Shown here piece by piece: positions 62,024 through 64,000 of a stretch of DNA of 64,000 nucleotides (within the stretch, counting starts at the first letter, position 1; the number at the start of each line of letters is the position of its first letter). The translations under genes and the position numbers were made by a program. Source of the DNA: Opitutus sp. (GTDB lineage Bacteria; Verrucomicrobiota; Verrucomicrobiia; Opitutales; Opitutaceae). The DNA lies in assembly GCA_024707325.1 (NCBI GenBank), contig JANPZY010000003.1, positions 17,361 to 81,360 on the forward strand, given 5' to 3'. Below the pieces are notes generated by a model that worked only from the letters and a program-made list of their open reading frames with translations, did not search any database and was not told the origin of the DNA.

Positions 62024-62428
62024 GTGACTCCCGAACGGCTTGCCGAACTCCAGCGTCAGCGCGCCCTCGTGCAGGAGCAGCTCACGTGGCTCGATCGCGA
62101 GATCGCGGCGTGCCAAGCCTCGACCGCGTCCGCGCCAGCCGGCGACGCCGTGCGCACTGCGTCGCACTCCGTGCCGCTCACTGCAACCGGCTCGGCCGCA
62201 CCCCGGCCCGCGACCGTTTCCACGCGGCCCGTTCTCACGTCGCCCCCTCTCGCGCCCCTTCCCGATCTCCAGCCCGACCCTCTCGCTGCGCGACGCGATA
62301 CCCGCCGCGGCTGCTTCATCGCATTTGCATTAGCGCTCGCGATCTTCTTCGGCACGCTCGTCGCGATCTACTTCTGGAAATACCGCGATCGCCCTCTGTT
62401 TCGCGCCGAAAGCGCCGCCCGGGCATAG
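62024..62428 (+). CDS. Hypothetical membrane-anchored protein
   Basis: VTPERLAELQRQRALVQEQLTWLDREI (coiled-coil-like) plus a C-terminal TM segment CFIAFALALAIFFGTLVAIYFW. The GTG start is chosen because the upstream part of the ORF is the repeat copy. Confidence 0.35.
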   Translation: MTPERLAELQRQRALVQEQLTWLDREIAACQASTASAPAGDAVRTASHSVPLTATGSAAPRPATVSTRPVLTSPPLAPLPDLQPDPLAARRDTRRGCFIAFALALAIFFGTLVAIYFWKYRDRPLFRAESAARA

Positions 62429-62552
62429 CGGAGAACCTGATTCGCTTGACGGCGCGAAACTTCCCTCTTGCCGCCATGAGGTTCTCCTGAGATTTCTTCG
62501 TCTCTTTCGCGCTCGGCGCGCGTCTTCTTTCGTTCCATCGCCCATCCACCGC

Positions 62553-64000
62553 ATGCATAGTTTCTCCGAGCAATGTCTCGATATGGCCCGCTCGATGCTG
62601 GCCCACAATCTCGACTCGATTCAGCCTGACGGCACCCTGATTCCCGTTCCCGGAGAACAAGCCCGCCCTGACGAGCCCGGCCACGTCGCCTACGCCCTCG
62701 GCGAGTTCTACCGCGCCACCGGCGAAACCACCCTCAAAGGTTACGACCTCATCGATCTCGCGGCCCGCTGCATCACTGCACAGATGTTCATGGAGCCGGC
62801 CGCCGAAAACGGTCTCGCTTACGCCGCCCTCGGCCTCCTCTGCTACGGTCCCTCGAAGGAGCGCAATCCCGTCTGGGAGCGTCTCGTCCCCGAGACCCAG
62901 GAGCGCATCGACAAGGCACTCCTCCACCGCAGCGACTACGACAACCACTGGCAGGCGTTTAACATCGCGAAGGCCGTCGCGCGTTTCTCTTTCGGCCTCT
63001 CCAAGAAGGACGAAACCTCGCGCCTGATCGAGCGCATGGTCGATCGCATCGGCCAGACGAGCTCCGCCGGTTTCTTCGACGACGCCACCAACGGCCTCAG
63101 CGGCAATTTCAATCTCTACGGCGTCTGGGTGTTCGTCTTCACCCGCTCCGCGCTCCAGCTCCACGCCAACTCCGGCGTCCGCGACCGCAAGCTTCCCACG
63201 CTTCGCACCTACGCCGAGAAATACATCAAGATGATGCCGGACCTCGTCCGCGCCGATGGCCTCGGCTGGGCGTTTGGTCGCGCCGGTGGTGCCTACGGGC
63301 AGATGCACCCGATCAGCTTGATCCTTCAGGGCCTGCGCGACGGCTGGATCCCCGACGACCAGAAGGTGAAGTATTTCGACATTCTGCGCCGTCTCTTCCT
63401 CTTCTTCTACGGCACCTACCTCGATCAGGAACACGGCTTCCTCGATCTCCGCGACACCGAGCGCACCGCTTACGAGAAGCACACCACCCGCATGGCGAAC
63501 TTCGACGCCGCGCGTTACCTCTGCCAGTGGTCGCGCCTCGCCAAGACCGTGCAGATGCCCGCCGGTCAGCCGAAGATCGAGCCCGCCCGCACGAGCGGCC
63601 GTTTCGTCATCTTCGACAAATCGAATCGCAAGGAGCAGGGCCTCTTCCTCTATCGCGACGCCGAAAGCGGTCTCCACGCGCAGATCCCGCTCATCAGCTC
63701 CGGCAGCCGCCTCACCGCGGACTCGCTGCCCTTCCCGCACTGCCCGGGCGTGTTCGACTGGCCCAATAACGTTTACGTGCCCCTGATGCTCCCCGAGCTC
63801 ACGTTCGGCGATCAGGTCACGCTGCCCGCCTTCTACGGTCGCAACTGCGTCACCGGTTTGGGCCTGCGCAACAGCTTCTACTTCCGCTACGATCAGCCCG
63901 AACTCATCAACACCAGCGAAGAGTTCGTCAAAGGCCTCGGCTCCGTGAAGGTCCAGTGGTCTTTCTCGGGCAACAAGATCAGCGCCGAGTTCGCCTACAC
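62553..64000 (+). CDS. Conserved hypothetical protein, 3'-partial (runs off the window)
   Basis: Open frame from ATG 62553 to the window end (over 480 codons) with strong GC3 bias. The antisense ORF 62316..63740 is a shadow. No family recognised. Confidence 0.6.
   Translation, partial: MHSFSEQCLDMARSMLAHNLDSIQPDGTLIPVPGEQARPDEPGHVAYALGEFYRATGETTLKGYDLIDLAARCITAQMFMEPAAENGLAYAALGLLCYGPSKERNPVWERLVPETQERIDKALLHRSDYDNHWQAFNIAKAVARFSFGLSKKDETSRLIERMVDRIGQTSSAGFFDDATNGLSGNFNLYGVWVFVFTRSALQLHANSGVRDRKLPTLRTYAEKYIKMMPDLVRADGLGWAFGRAGGAYGQMHPISLILQGLRDGWIPDDQKVKYFDILRRLFLFFYGTYLDQEHGFLDLRDTERTAYEKHTTRMANFDAARYLCQWSRLAKTVQMPAGQPKIEPARTSGRFVIFDKSNRKEQGLFLYRDAESGLHAQIPLISSGSRLTADSLPFPHCPGVFDWPNNVYVPLMLPELTFGDQVTLPAFYGRNCVTGLGLRNSFYFRYDQPELINTSEEFVKGLGSVKVQWSFSGNKISAEFAY

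Overview
High-GC bacterial chromosomal window with strong GC3 bias. Gene content (a PEP-CTERM protein, an NHL/Ig-like secreted protein, DUF3300, the sigma-54 neighbourhood) fits a Verrucomicrobia/Opitutales-like organism, but that is only a guess. Positions 1-11981 are the integrase-proximal part of a prophage or integrative element inserted beside tRNA-Tyr(GTA). It carries int, an Xis-like HTH, an RHH regulator, a RecT-like annealase, a PD-(D/E)XK exonuclease, SSB, RusA, DUF1376 plus DnaB, DUF1643, a mini kinase-like protein and many small ORFs. Its left end lies outside the window. The rest is core chromosome: cls, cimA, thrC-lysC-hom-plsY-serA, two tandem prolyl oligopeptidases, dgt, ogt, tdh and kbl (separated by a SatD/DUF3307 cassette), cdd, hisS, an HU/IHF protein, ubiE, erpA, a Ser/Thr kinase plus rpoN, uvrA, a complete ligase-associated DNA damage response (LADDR) cluster (exonuclease-ligase fusion, Lhr helicase, PdeM), mpg, rplU-rpmA, a large NHL-repeat gene and a partial 3' ORF. 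No rRNA genes or CRISPR arrays were found. Key caveat: at least 13 reading frames, including essential thrC and cimA, are broken by single-base length differences. Twelve lie in homopolymer runs and one in a GC-alternating run, so most apparent pseudogenes are probably consensus errors. Most interesting unexplained structure: (1) a family of degenerate 22-bp tandem repeats at three separate gene junctions, two of which they fill completely, with complementary-looking variants in neighbouring units; (2) a low-GC twin-palindrome element inserted in frame in the DNA ligase just before the KxDG motif; (3) a 3.1-kb NHL gene cassette bracketed by ~45-bp direct repeats derived from the rpmA terminator; (4) twin GGTT..AACC palindromes in front of satD. 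I found no clear new multi-gene defence-type system.
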